From positions 11,475,660-11,539,659 of the forward strand of contig OZ316893.1 in the NCBI GenBank assembly GCA_973895155.1: a stretch of 64,000 nucleotides of DNA. Reading direction: 5' to 3'. Position numbers and translations under genes: made by a program. The notes beneath the pieces are model-generated. The model searched no databases and was not told the DNA's origin. It saw only the letters and a program-made list of their open reading frames with translations. Of this stretch, positions 48,004 to 59,638 are shown piece by piece; within the stretch, counting starts at the first letter, position 1; every line of letters starts with the position of its first letter. The stretch is from Marsupella aquatica (Eukaryota; Plantae; Marchantiophyta).

Positions 48004-50959
48004 GTCTTTTTGCTATTCCTCTAGTCGGCTATGAGGGAGGATAGTAATACCCATGTACATATAAACGAGTCGCTGGTTCTATCTTGCTCTCAATATTAAT
48101 GAGTCGCTCCTTCTATCTTGCTCTCTGGTCTAATTGTGTACATCGCAAGCATGGCAATCCAATTTTGTGAAAGCAGACGAGTCTGCACATCTTTGATCTG
48201 ATCAGTGATACGGACTTCTATCTGTTGATTCTCTGCTTGGTTTGGACTGTTCCTTGTCGTCAATTGCCGTCTTCGCATCGCTGATGTGTGTCCATCATAA
48301 TTTTGAGAGGACATGATCCCCCCAGTCACCAGGAGAGTTGCTCGTGTAATTCAAATTCATGATCTCGTACATCCACGAACTTGCAGAATTTACACTCCGG
48401 AATATAGTTACCATCTTCAAAGGTTCAAAGTGGACAGTACTCCGGACCTGCCTCCTCTGTGCGCAGACGATTCCGCACAAACTGCGCCTTGGCTCTTAGA
48501 GTAGAAAAAATTTTCACAACTAATTCAGATTCCTTATTTGGGGTTGAGTTATGTAGGCAATAGTAGGAGCTGAGAATGATCAAACCAGTTCTCGATGAAA
48601 TATTTACTTTTACAGAAACACAGTGTTCTACTCTACTTTGAATCTGAGAGTGATCTTTGGGCAACCTACTAGAGCGCTGGTAGCTTCACATTCACGATCT
48701 GATGACAAAAATGTATGCATGAAAGACGTCATCCATTCCTAAAAGCTAGGAAAAACGACCGGTCTCAAGGAGAATAGCAGAACAATATCTTGGTCCAAGA
48801 TTTGAGGTTTAAGTGCCTTACGACAGCCCCTGATTATTCATGTAACAAAAAAAGAGCAGAGATATGGACGAGTAAATATCATGTGCCAGCCTTCCAGCGC
48901 TCTGAAAGAGTGAGAAAACGTGTGCTAGGAAATCATGGGGGATGGGTAACAAAGTCCCCGGCAGTACTAATGACAAGATCAATTCTGAGCAATTGCTAAT
49001 TTCCTTGGTTTACTGGGAGAATAATTACCTTGAAATGATTGTGCTACCGTTCGAGTGCAAGTTCTGCTGACCGGGTCAAGCTCCCCATTGCTACGTGACT
49101 CATGGCTTATGGGAGATCAGAATCACGATCTTCTGACGGACATTATAATCGATGCACTTTCTATGCCTGTCGAAGCAAATTGTTTCTCTTTGTACACGGC
49201 AGTGCTTTCCTTCATCGTGGCGATCACTGTCCTTCTCGATGAGAAACATGAACTCTACGGATCCAGTCCTATGCCTCCTTTGGATTTCTCAGACGAGCAC
49301 CGCATTTTGATTCGGCAAACAAGCCAGGCAATTTCGGCTACAGAGCACGATGATATCAGCCATGACTTCCAGTTGTCCAACACTGATGACGGGAGGCACC
49401 AGAAGTTCGGAAATGGGCAAAGACCCACAAATCTTGTTGGCACTGAATATATCAGGGAAGATAACCGCGAGGCTGCAGATCCAGAACAGGCACGACATTA
49501 TTAGCAAATACCCGTTCAAATCGTCCTAGGTCTTGCTCATGAAGTGCAGGGGTGGTGAAAACCAATATCTTGGGAGGCCCTTGTTTAGAAAGAGTTGTCA
49601 TGCTCATTCTCTTTGGAGTTCTTTCTGCTCTTCCAGGTGGTGACACATTCCCTAAGTAAGCTTTCAAAATAGTCAAAATACTTTGGAGAGAGGGCCATGT
49701 GATGAAGGATACATTTTTGCGACAGCCCCGATGCAATTCAATGAAGACATTTTTAGGTTGGCAATTTTGATCATTTTGGTTCGTTGATAATGCTTCTTGC
49801 GTATTGCGCAAGGATAGATGCTGGAGTGGTCTTTTCACGTTGTGCTATTGGTGGAGTGCATTTGATGAGTCTTCGGGATCGCTGCTAGTCCAAGGTGATA
49901 CTAACGTTCATGAGGGATTGCCGCTAGTCCAGGGTGACCCAATATCGACTTTCACTTTGATGTCTCGGTAAGATTATGCATTCCAAAGCCTCAAGTACCT
50001 GGAGGCCACTAGCACTTTTGTGATCATTTAGTTCTGTTCTGTAAATTTCAATTCTTATTGTTCTCTGATTTGGTTGAGTTTTGTGTTCATTCTTTGTAGT
50101 TTGTATGTTTGTTAAATTGATGGTAGAACAGACACAAATGTGTTGGCCAGGCCTAGAACTAGAGATACAATGGCACAGTAGGGATTAGAGTGGAAGAGTT
50201 CACAAATTCCTGACTCGGAAATGGTTGTCATTATCACTGAAGTACAACAGAAAGTAGCCTCTTGCTCACCTCACCTCCCAATGATTGAGGCTCTCTCAAT
50301 GTGGGTAATCAGATTACAGATGGGATCGGCCGACTACATGGCTGAGACTTCAACTTGGGACAAGAGCTTTTTCCCTAAGCCACAAAATGAACAAATTTAC
50401 AGCCAAAACTTCCAGATTGGTCCCATATTTGATTCAGTAACCTCCGTCCATTTTCTCTGCTCATAGAAGTAAGAATTTATCCAGTCATTACGACTACAAT
50501 TTCTTTTGAAGATACGTATCAGAAACTATTGGTAAACGAAGTCCTGTTGCGCCCAGAAGATACCTCGTTACTGCTGTTCAGCAGCTTCAAGATGCCCATT
50601 TCCGCGCTCGTTGCTGCTCTTCAGCAGCTTTTTCAAGATGCCCATTCCGCGCTCTTTGCTACTGTTCAGCAACTTACTCAAGTATGCCCATTTCCGAACT
50701 ACATCGACTACAACTTTGCCTAGGGAGCATTTGGTCTTCAAGCTTTCAAGAGGTGGACATGTATTCCTGCAAGCCCCTATATCTGCAAACGTAGATATTG
50801 GGGGGCGAACCTGATAATTCAATTAGTTTTGGGGCAGGTTAGTATTTTTTACTATTTTGGGGGACAGGATAGTAAAAAACGGTTCCAAGATGTAGCCAAC
50901 ATGGCACTCAGCTTAGGAACCAGATTCGTTCTCTTTCTCTTCCTCTTACCACTCACCTA

Positions 50960-52681
50960 CTATTGGGCTTCAGCACGGGGCTTTCGTCTCTTCCTCTTGT
51001 GTTTGGCATTTTCTGAAACAGTGAGGCCCTTGTCCTTCAAACTCTTCAGCTTCAAATCTTTGCGGGCTTTCACTTTGTCCTCAAATCCACTATCGAGCAT
51101 TTTCAATGAAGCAACCCGCTTTGCCTTGTAGACCTTAGTGATGCCTTTCAAGACGGCATCCTCTTCCGTTTCATATTCGTCCAATTTCTTCCCAATGGCA
51201 GACTCGATCCTTTGAATAAGCTCCACATCATACTGGGTTACCAGACTCACAGCCAAACCTCCTCTTCCAGCCCGAGCAGTTCGTCCTACACGGTGAATGT
51301 AGTCCCGAGCAAGTCTCGGAAGATCATAATTTATGACCAGATCAACTGTCGGAATGTCAAGACCTCTGCTTGCCACATCAGTGGCAATCAGAATAGGCAC
51401 TTGCCCAGCTTTGAATCGATTCAGTGACATCAACCGCTGCTGTTGCAGTTTCATCGAATGCAGTGCAGTGGTTTCTATCTCCAGCTCTTCCATAATAAGA
51501 CTCAACAAGTGGCAGGTCCGGCAACTGGCAGCAAATATAATGACAGAACGTATAGAGAGCTCCTCCAGACTGGACAACAGATGCAGAAGATAGACGTCTT
51601 TCGCATTCGCTGGCATAAACATGTACTGCTGTTTCAAGGACGCCACTGTGGTGGACTTCTCATTACCCTGATAGAAAAATGGCTTATCCTTCCCAAGAGA
51701 CAGATCTTGCACAACTTTCAGGCTACTTGTCATGGTTGCAGAAAACAGAAGGGTTTGGCGCTTGGCCGGAAGGCTCTGCAGCACGGTCCGCATCTCACCT
51801 TCAAACCCCGCGTCCAGAAGCCGATCCGCCTCATCGAGAACGAGAAACCTAGTGTTGGAGAAGTACCCTGCCATGTCCTTATCATTGATGAGATGGTCTT
51901 TGATCCGGCCAGGAGTGGCAATCACAACATGAGGCCTGCTCATCAAAGCCTGAGCCTGAGTCGTCATGTCCATCCCTCCCACTGCCACCACACACCGCAG
52001 GCTCATCGTCGAGCCCAGCGCTTTAAATTGGTCCGAGATTTGGAATGCCAGCTCGCGTGTGGGAGTCATGACGAGAGCGAAGATGCCATAAGGGTCCTCC
52101 GCCAGCTTCTGCAGGATTGGAAGAGCGAACGCAGCGGTCTTTCCGCTCCCTGTCTCCGCCAACCCTAACACATCCTTCCCTTGCAACACCTGAGGAATGC
52201 ACTGCCGCTGAATGGGAGTCGGCTTCGCCATCCCGAGCTCCCTACACGTCTTGTGCAGCCATGGCGATAACCCTAAATTGGCAAACGAAACTCCTCCTCC
52301 TCTATCGCCATCGCCATCATCGCCATCGACTCCTTCTCGAACCAGCAAAAACCAGCGGAAGTGAGAAATCTGACTGTGAATAGCCCGCAACAGAAGGTCG
52401 GACGTTTCTCAACCATCGATCTCGCTGAAGGTGCCATTAAAGGACGACGACTACTTCGGATACATACAAGAGTGCATGAAAGCATGAATGAGAGAATTAA
52501 CGTATGAGTGATTTTACACATAACGCCCCACAAAGACGGAGCAGGACGAAAGTAAAAGCCAAACCAGAGAAAAAAGCAAAGAAAATGCCTCACCAAAACC
52601 ACCAGAATGGAGGGTAGCGACTGGGCCTGGGCGAGGCTTAGGGCTAGTGCTCTCTTCGAGGATCACCTGCTCGAATCCCAT
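50960..52681 (-). CDS. RH36: DEAD-box ATP-dependent RNA helicase 36 (DDX49/Dbp8 family)
   Basis: Q motif GMAKPTPIQ, AETGSGKT, PTRELA, TPGR, DEAD, SAT, ASRGLDIP, HRVGRTAR and the RH36-type tail KAKRVASLKMLDSGFEDKVK; the body 50960-52335 is uninterrupted. There is no in-frame ATG before the conserved FANLGL, so the start is placed tentatively in the FKBP12-like exon 52681-52594. Confidence 0.93.
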
Positions 52682-52940
52682 GATGTCCACCATTTCGAGA
52701 TGGGCACTTCCGATAATCGGCTATTCCTCGTTCCTCGCTTCGGCCACCATAGCTGCTACGATTTCTGAAGAAAACGTCATACCAACAACGCAAGATGGCA
52801 CACGACAGCCAGAGTCCCTGGATTTGTACCGTCAAGCAGACTCTTCTCACTTCCGTTTGTGAATTTACAGCAAATCGGTCCCCGTCTCTCCTCTCTCTCA
52901 CTCTTTCACATCCTGCAGCTCCTGCTTTGGAGATTACAAA
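52345..52940 (-). other. FKBP12-derived 5' cassette, copy 2 (leader + 88-nt exon 52681-52594 + intron start)
   Basis: Exon encodes MGFEQVILEESTSPKPRPGPVATLHSGGF/G (17 of 29 residues identical to FKBP12 exon 1) and ends G|gtgag; the leader shares ggacatcATGGGATTCGAG with FKBP12. Confidence 0.9.
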
Positions 52941-53375
52941 GCTCCTGCTCTGGAGACGACAAGTACCAGCAACATCAAACCCCAAGACCTTCTCACTGCT
53001 CGTGAACCCCTCCGGAGACTACAAGCTCCTGCTCTGGAGACTACGAGTCAGAGCAAACCCCAAAAACATTCAAACCCCAAAAACATTCAAACCCCCCGAA
53101 CTTAAAACCCCTATCGTGAATTTCTCTCTTCTCTCAATCTTTCGCATCCTGCAGCTCCTGCTTTGGAGATTACAAGCGCCGGCTCTGGAGACTGCGAGTC
53201 AGAGCAACATTCAAACCCCAAGACCTTCTCACCGCTCGTAAAACCCTCGTGGAGTTTTCTCTTGCTCGTAAACCCCTCCTGAGATTACAAGGTCCAGCTC
53301 TAGAGACTACAAGTCAGAGCAGTATTCTAAAACCCCAGAAACGTCAAACCCCACGACCTCAAACCCTTATCGTGA
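52912..53375. repeat. Degenerate repeat array (gctcctgctctggagactacaagtcagagcaac...aaacccc), several copies
   Basis: A unit present once at 46900-46947 is repeated multiple times here. Confidence 0.75.
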
Positions 53376-55287
53376 ATCTTCGTTTGTTAGTCTGTCAAGG
53401 TTGTGAGACATTTGGCCATAAACAAATGTACGTATTTTTAATTTTATTTTTCAGTACCGTAGCCTCTAGGGTGGCTCCTGATGGTCATTGCATCATGGTC
53501 ATTGCATCAATCTTTCAGGCAAAGAGTTATTAAGTACGAGCCCTATGCCCGAGCTTTGCAGAGTGCAATGATGGCTGGCCCACAGGGCCGGGGTGGGGGG
53601 GCGCTGAGAGCCAAGAGAGGGCAAGTGGTAATTCAAATCGAATAGATACACAAATCTTCTAAAATATGTAACGGCCAGATTTGATTCCTGTCAATTCTGT
53701 ATTTCATAATGGAACGAAAGACGAAAAAAGGCGGGATCAGCTATTATAGTTATAGATGATTTTGGTAGTCCTTTCTGTCGATAGCCCTTAAGTACTAAAT
53801 TAAGATCCATCAAAATTGAAGTGTGTCAAAGCACACATAAGGCCTTATGGCTAAAATGTTTTTGATGTACCATCCTTATTGGGTATGTATTTAGGTAGCC
53901 TATAGCATTTTTCCTGGCCAGAAAAACAATATTGTCCTTGCTTGCTTTGACACCTTACCCTGCTGGTGAGTCCATAAAGTGAGACAATAGAAATATAATT
54001 TTTCTGCAATCTGATTGGTTCTTGCAAAGTTTTGAATTGCAAAAATGAAGGGCAGCACTTTGAGCAGGACCCTGACAGCAATGGACATAATCACTGGCCG
54101 GGGCAGGGTTGCTAGTGTGTGGTTTGGAGCCTTTCTTTCTTTGGTGGCAAAATTTGTTGAAATTCCACCTCCTTCAAAAGCCATAGTTTCACACCTAGCC
54201 ACAGAGCACACCATACTAACCCAAATGTAAAAGTTTCCCTTAAATCTAGGGACATCTAACTGTCCCAACTTTATTTAGCTAGGAAAATTAGATAAAGAGT
54301 AATTTTAACATCTTCGTCCTTCACAAAAGGTGACATTCTAATCTATCAAAGTTGTTAGACAATAAATATTCTTAGCGTTCAGACTGGGTGACAGTAGCAT
54401 TAGCCACCTGGCCAAAAAGAAAAATGACCCTCGTTTTGGTGCTTTTCGCACACGCGTGCCCTGCGGTGGAAGACACGCTTGACGGGGTGACGGCGTGTGG
54501 CAGCTGCAGTTAACAGAACAAGTGGCACTGCTCCCCCTACTCACAAAGGCATGCCCGCCACAGACCACTCAATCACTCCACTTACACACAATTACACATT
54601 ACACATCGACGTCCAGTAGCACTGTAGTGTCGGTGTAAGATCCTCTCACTCTACAGGGGGACCCTGCTACCGTCGATTTCAAGCCTTCCAACCGCAGTTA
54701 GAGCACGACGTTGTCGAAACCGAACCTGCGATCCAGGAAATCACTACCCATGGCCTGAATTGTCTACTCCAGTAGACTTTTTCACGAACCATTCGTCTAC
54801 TGTAGTATGGGTTTGTCAATTTTGGACTACGGTGTGGTTTCATTTGGTACGATGGGGAATGGTGGAGGTTTAGTGAATGCCCCGGTCGGTCGTGTGCGGA
54901 GAGGAATCCTATGAGAATATTCTTTTCTTAACCGTCGGTCCGCTAACTGTGGCGGTTACGGTGTCATGACGGTGCGATGTGGACATTCGAAGACCTCAAC
55001 TCTGTGATGTGGTGACACGTCATACTCCTTCCGTTTATTCGAATGTAGTGTTCTGAGTTCGTGTCGCAAGTAAGGAATCTTCGTTGCTCGAAATCCGTTT
55101 CTTCCCAAATGTGTTCGCTAAACCCCTGAATCATTCGGAGTCGGACTGCTTCAAATCATCGGCTTCTGTGATTCTTCGAGTACGTGGGTTGATCGAATTG
55201 ATCAGATCGAGAAATGGGCCGCAGTTGAGGTCAGATCAGCTCGCAGTAAGAGGTTAATGCCTGTTGTCGAAATTAGGGATTTCGCCT

Positions 55288-55295
55288 TAGGGTTT
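55288..55295. promoter_or_regulatory. Telo-box with nearby site II motif (TGGGCC ~55215) upstream of MTM1
   Basis: Exact TAGGGTTT; co-occurrence of site II and telo-box is known in plant promoters, but both motifs are short. Confidence 0.3.
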
Positions 55296-55778
55296 AGATT
55301 CTGTGCTTCAATTTGATCGAACTGCGTTCTGCTCCGCATTTTGAGAGTTGTAGAGAAAGAGCTCCTTCTCGTCTGTCTTCTTCGCTCGACGATGGCAGTC
55401 TACCGACGGAGGTTTGGCTCGACTTTATGTACGGAGGGACGAAGGAACTGCGCTCTGCTCATTGTCTCGGAGAGCGGGCTGAATTCTAGCTGAGATCCAG
55501 CGTGCACCATCTCGGAGATTCTTCGCTTGTCTCGCACTAAATCGATGTGAACTGTGGCGTCAAATCTCGAGGTGAATGAATGGTTGTCGACAGTGTGCAT
55601 GGGTCCTTTGGCGGTCGACGCAATTTTGCTGCTGATGTGTGATCATCAGGACTGAGGACTCTGCTGTGTGTTTTCTGGGTTGGATTTTGCAGAAAGGCGA
55701 GGAGAATTGCAGGAAATTCTGCTCGAAAGGGCGGACGTGGGCGTAGAAACATGTGCTAAGTGCAGGTGGATTGGCAGG

Positions 55779-58700
55779 ATGGTAGCCGAGAGCGTTCAGT
55801 CGTCTCGATCTGTATCTTCATATATGGTGCATCTATTAAGGTTGGACAGTGCGGGCGCGGTGAATTCTACTCAAGGAGGAGGTGAAGACCACCAGCAGCA
55901 GACGGACGCTTCAGCCTTGACTAGCAGCTTGGAGGAGAGAAATGGGCTTTTGGAAATGGAAGGACCACAGTTGAAGGATGTGAATATCAGAGAGAAAGCC
56001 GTCTCTGCTGCGGGGGCTGCCTTCCTTTCTGCCGTGTTGGTGAATCCTCTCGACGTTGCTAAGGTGTGTCTATCGGTCTATGTCTGCATAAGTTCCTTTT
56101 ATCTTCCGTCTTCTATCAAATGCGGAGTTTTGGGTTAGATTGTTTCCGTGAGTTTATCTCAACTTCAACGCATGAAAGTTAGCATATTCTATCCTCTCAT
56201 GCATCATAGTACAGCTTGTTCTCACAGAACATATGCGAATACTCGCCCATTGCCCGCTTATACATTCGCTCATACTATGATCTGTACCGCATTGGTGGTT
56301 TTGTAATGGGAAAGCATTCCAAGACTTGCTCTAGGCGAGGCTGGTTTCTCTGCCCGTTGGGGTGATGAGGGAGAAAGAAATTAGAGCTTCAGCCCTTAGA
56401 ATCCGCTTTACGCCCTCCGAACTCCGTAAGCTTTCTCATCGTGCTCATCCATAATGTGCTGCCCGAAGCAGGAGGTCTACGGCGAAAGTGGTGGCTGTGG
56501 AAGGCCATATTTTAAAGCTCCTGTGAACTAGGTCGCTGATCCACATTGTCGTATGAGATCAGCTCTATTCCCGGTTCTTGTTTTGGGGAGCAGCAAAGGA
56601 GCTCCTGTAGTTGCTAGGGGGAGAGTGGTCCCCCTGGTTGCGATGGATCTCATTATCCTGATTGATCCTGTGGGGCTATGAAACCAATCCTATGTGTGAT
56701 TCAATTGACGGAAGATGTAGTGATCCCTTTTGTTAGGTGATAAGTCGAGCTAAGCATTCTCTAGACGGGTTCACTTTTCTTCCCTTTTCTGACAGTGGGT
56801 CTGCTCAATTACTGCAGACTAGGTTGCAGGCGCAAGCAGCCGGTTTTGACTACAGCGGTAATGGGCAACTTCCAAGTTCAAGAGGACAAGAAAGGGTAAG
56901 ATTGAACGTAAACCTCTCCGTACTTCACCAGTTTGAAACGTTTCGCACAAGATTTAGATTGAGTCCATCGATTTAACATTGATAGTTCTTATCGAGGTCA
57001 GGTTTCTCATTACTACGGTCAGAGGGTCCTGGATAATGTTTACTTTACGGAACGATATGTTCTCCTCCAAAGGTTGTAGTTTGTAGAAGTGATATTCTAC
57101 TAAATTTTATTGAATCTCATGTTCCTCTGTATATCAGATTTTAACTGCTGGGAAATGCCCGCCTGTGTGTCCTCGCCTTGGCAATGCTGCACTTGCACCC
57201 CTGTGTGAACCAACATGCTTTCAGTACAAGGACACGTGGGACGTCTTTAGAAAAGTAGTTCGCCAGGTAAGCTGACATCTTCGAACATATACCTGAAAAT
57301 AATGTAATTTGAGACACTCGAAACATGGAGTTTTGATGGATCTGGAGAAACTGTTTGCTACCAGTAATCACAGTGCGTTTTCACCACTTTCTTTGGATGC
57401 TTTTGCATGAAAGAGTATTCTGTGTCTTGCTCGTTAATCATCCACTTTGAGACTGGATTCCCACTCCGTCGGTCGTTCTGACTCATTGCCACAGAATCTG
57501 TTCAGCAGCTTTTAAGCTATGATTTGATGGTTTATTTTGCAGGAAGGAGCCTTAAGACTTTGGAGAGGGACGCCTGCTGCCCTTGCCATTGCTATACCTA
57601 CGGTGACTCTCCTGACATTGCCTTATCTCCGTGCCATCGACATTTCATTTAATTTGAAGTTATCATGTTAAAAGATTTGACCTACTCTATACTTTCCTGA
57701 TGTGTTGTGATACCACTGGACATGGTCGGATAGCTACAAATCTTACTGATTTGGAGTTCTTGAGACACGTCTTGGCAGGTCGGTATATACCTTCCTTGCT
57801 ATGATGTACTGCGTGAGCGATTGGAGGATGCTGCCACTCACCACGCTCCACAGTTAGCTCCGTACACCCCATTTCTCGCTGGATCAATGGCCCGATCAAT
57901 TGCCTGTATTGTCTGCTCTCCCCTTGAGCTGGCAAGAACACGCATGCAGGTATAGATTATTGCTGGCACTTTTTGTGCTTTCATGAGCTCTACGACTACT
58001 GCACATCACCTTTATATTAGGCTGTCTAGGACTTTCAAATGTAGAATAGCCTGGTGTATCTCTTTAGGGGTTCTATAAGCTCCACTTGTGGCGATTGGGA
58101 TACTTTCAGATTGACGGTGTTTAGGCTATTTCCGACTTCTCAGTCAGGACGAGTTAATGAAGTATATGGACGTCAGGCCCTACTACTTCTTCCTGGTTCA
58201 GCGCACTCCTTTTACAAAGATGTGCCCGTAATCCAAATCTTACTTGAAGTGTCGTTTGTCTTCGAAACGTTATCTCATAGGCCACTGCCTGAACGTTTGA
58301 ATTAGTATTGTCTGTGTCCGTTGGCTGCAGGCTGCAAAACAGATACGTACTGGCGTAAAACCCCCTGGAGTTGTGGCAATTCTGCAAGGAGTTGTTTCGA
58401 CAATGACTGCAGCACAAAGCCCATGTAAGTATTACACAATTCTTGATTGGGACTGAGTAGAATGCTCTTGCAAGGGTTTAGAAATGAGGAAACTGCAGCA
58501 TCATGGTCGCCGATACTAGTCAAAAGTCTGTGGGCGTGAATTCTTTGCCGGGAGTAATATCTATTCTGCTTTGCACAGACCCTGGTTGCTCTCCCACCTA
58601 GCTTGTTCCAAGGGTACCTGAGAACTGTGATTTGTTTTGCAATCTTGCAGTGCAAGCAGTGCGGCTGCTATGGACAGGAGCAGGTGCTCAATTAGCCCGG

Positions 58701-59638
58701 GATGTTCCATTTTCTGCCATCTGCTGGGGTACTTTAGAGCCTGTAAGATATCTCATTCTTCACTGTACAACCCTGCAGTGCCCAGTGCTATTGCAGAGCT
58801 CTTATTTTCCTTCTATGAGATTGCTACTCATGATTTGAAGACAAATTCTCTAAAGTAACCATCACTCTAAAGGAAGTTGTTACCGTCATGCAGGCAAGAA
58901 GGCGCCTTCTAGATATGGCAGGTCCCAATCCAGATGCGTCTACTGTCTTGGGTGCTAACTTCTCGGCCGGAGTGCTGGCTGGCAGCATTGCAGCTTTTGC
59001 CACCTGTCCTCTGGATGTAGCCAAAACACGGAGGCAAATCGAGGTCAGCTTCTGATCATGATATTTTGATTGGAACGATGCAAGAGTACAATGCTCCAAA
59101 ATCTCTTCCAAAGGTTACTGTGTTGATATGTTGGTCTGCTCCGGGTTTTACTAGACTTGGAAAATCTGTCTAGAGGCTTGTAAAATTTTGGCTTTTGCTT
59201 GCTGTTATTCAAACTCAAGAACAAAGCCTTTTTGTATGTCAAAGGTGTGAAGTGTGTTTTGGAGGACTTTTTGTTACAATCATTTCATGAAATTAATTTC
59301 GATATTTGCAGCAAGACCCTTTGAAGGCGATGTCCACTCGACATACTTTACAAATGGTCTGGAGGTGAGTTCAAAGAAGCTGGCATGTGATGATTTTTGG
59401 CATTGTATTGTTCTTTGTGAGTCAATTACTTTGGAAGTAGGCCGCATTGTCTTCGGATCTGACTCTTTCGGCCGTTTCCACGTGACTGATGAAAATGGAA
59501 AATGTTGTGATTGTTAGGGATGCGGGTGTGAACGGCTTGTTCACTGGTGTTGTTCCGAGGGTAGCTCGTGCTGGACCTTCTGTCGCCATTGTTGTTTCAT
59601 TCTATGAAGTGGTGAAATATTTCCTTAATGGAAATTGA
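55779..59638 (+). CDS. MTM1: Mitochondrial carrier MTM1 (SLC25A39/40-like), ~10 exons
   Basis: Three carrier signatures: VNPLDVAKTRLQAQ, SPLELARTRMQ, CPLDVAKTRRQ; also Cys-rich loop CPPVCPR...CEPTCFQYK, EGALRLWRG, QLARDVPFSAICW, PRVARAGPSVAIVVSFYEVVK. Exons start at about 55779, 56818, 57138, 57543, 57779, 58331, 58651, 58894, 59311 and 59518. Confidence 0.94.

Noticed and set aside
51443-52168. 241-aa plus-strand ORF
   Set aside because: Antisense shadow of the RH36 CDS.
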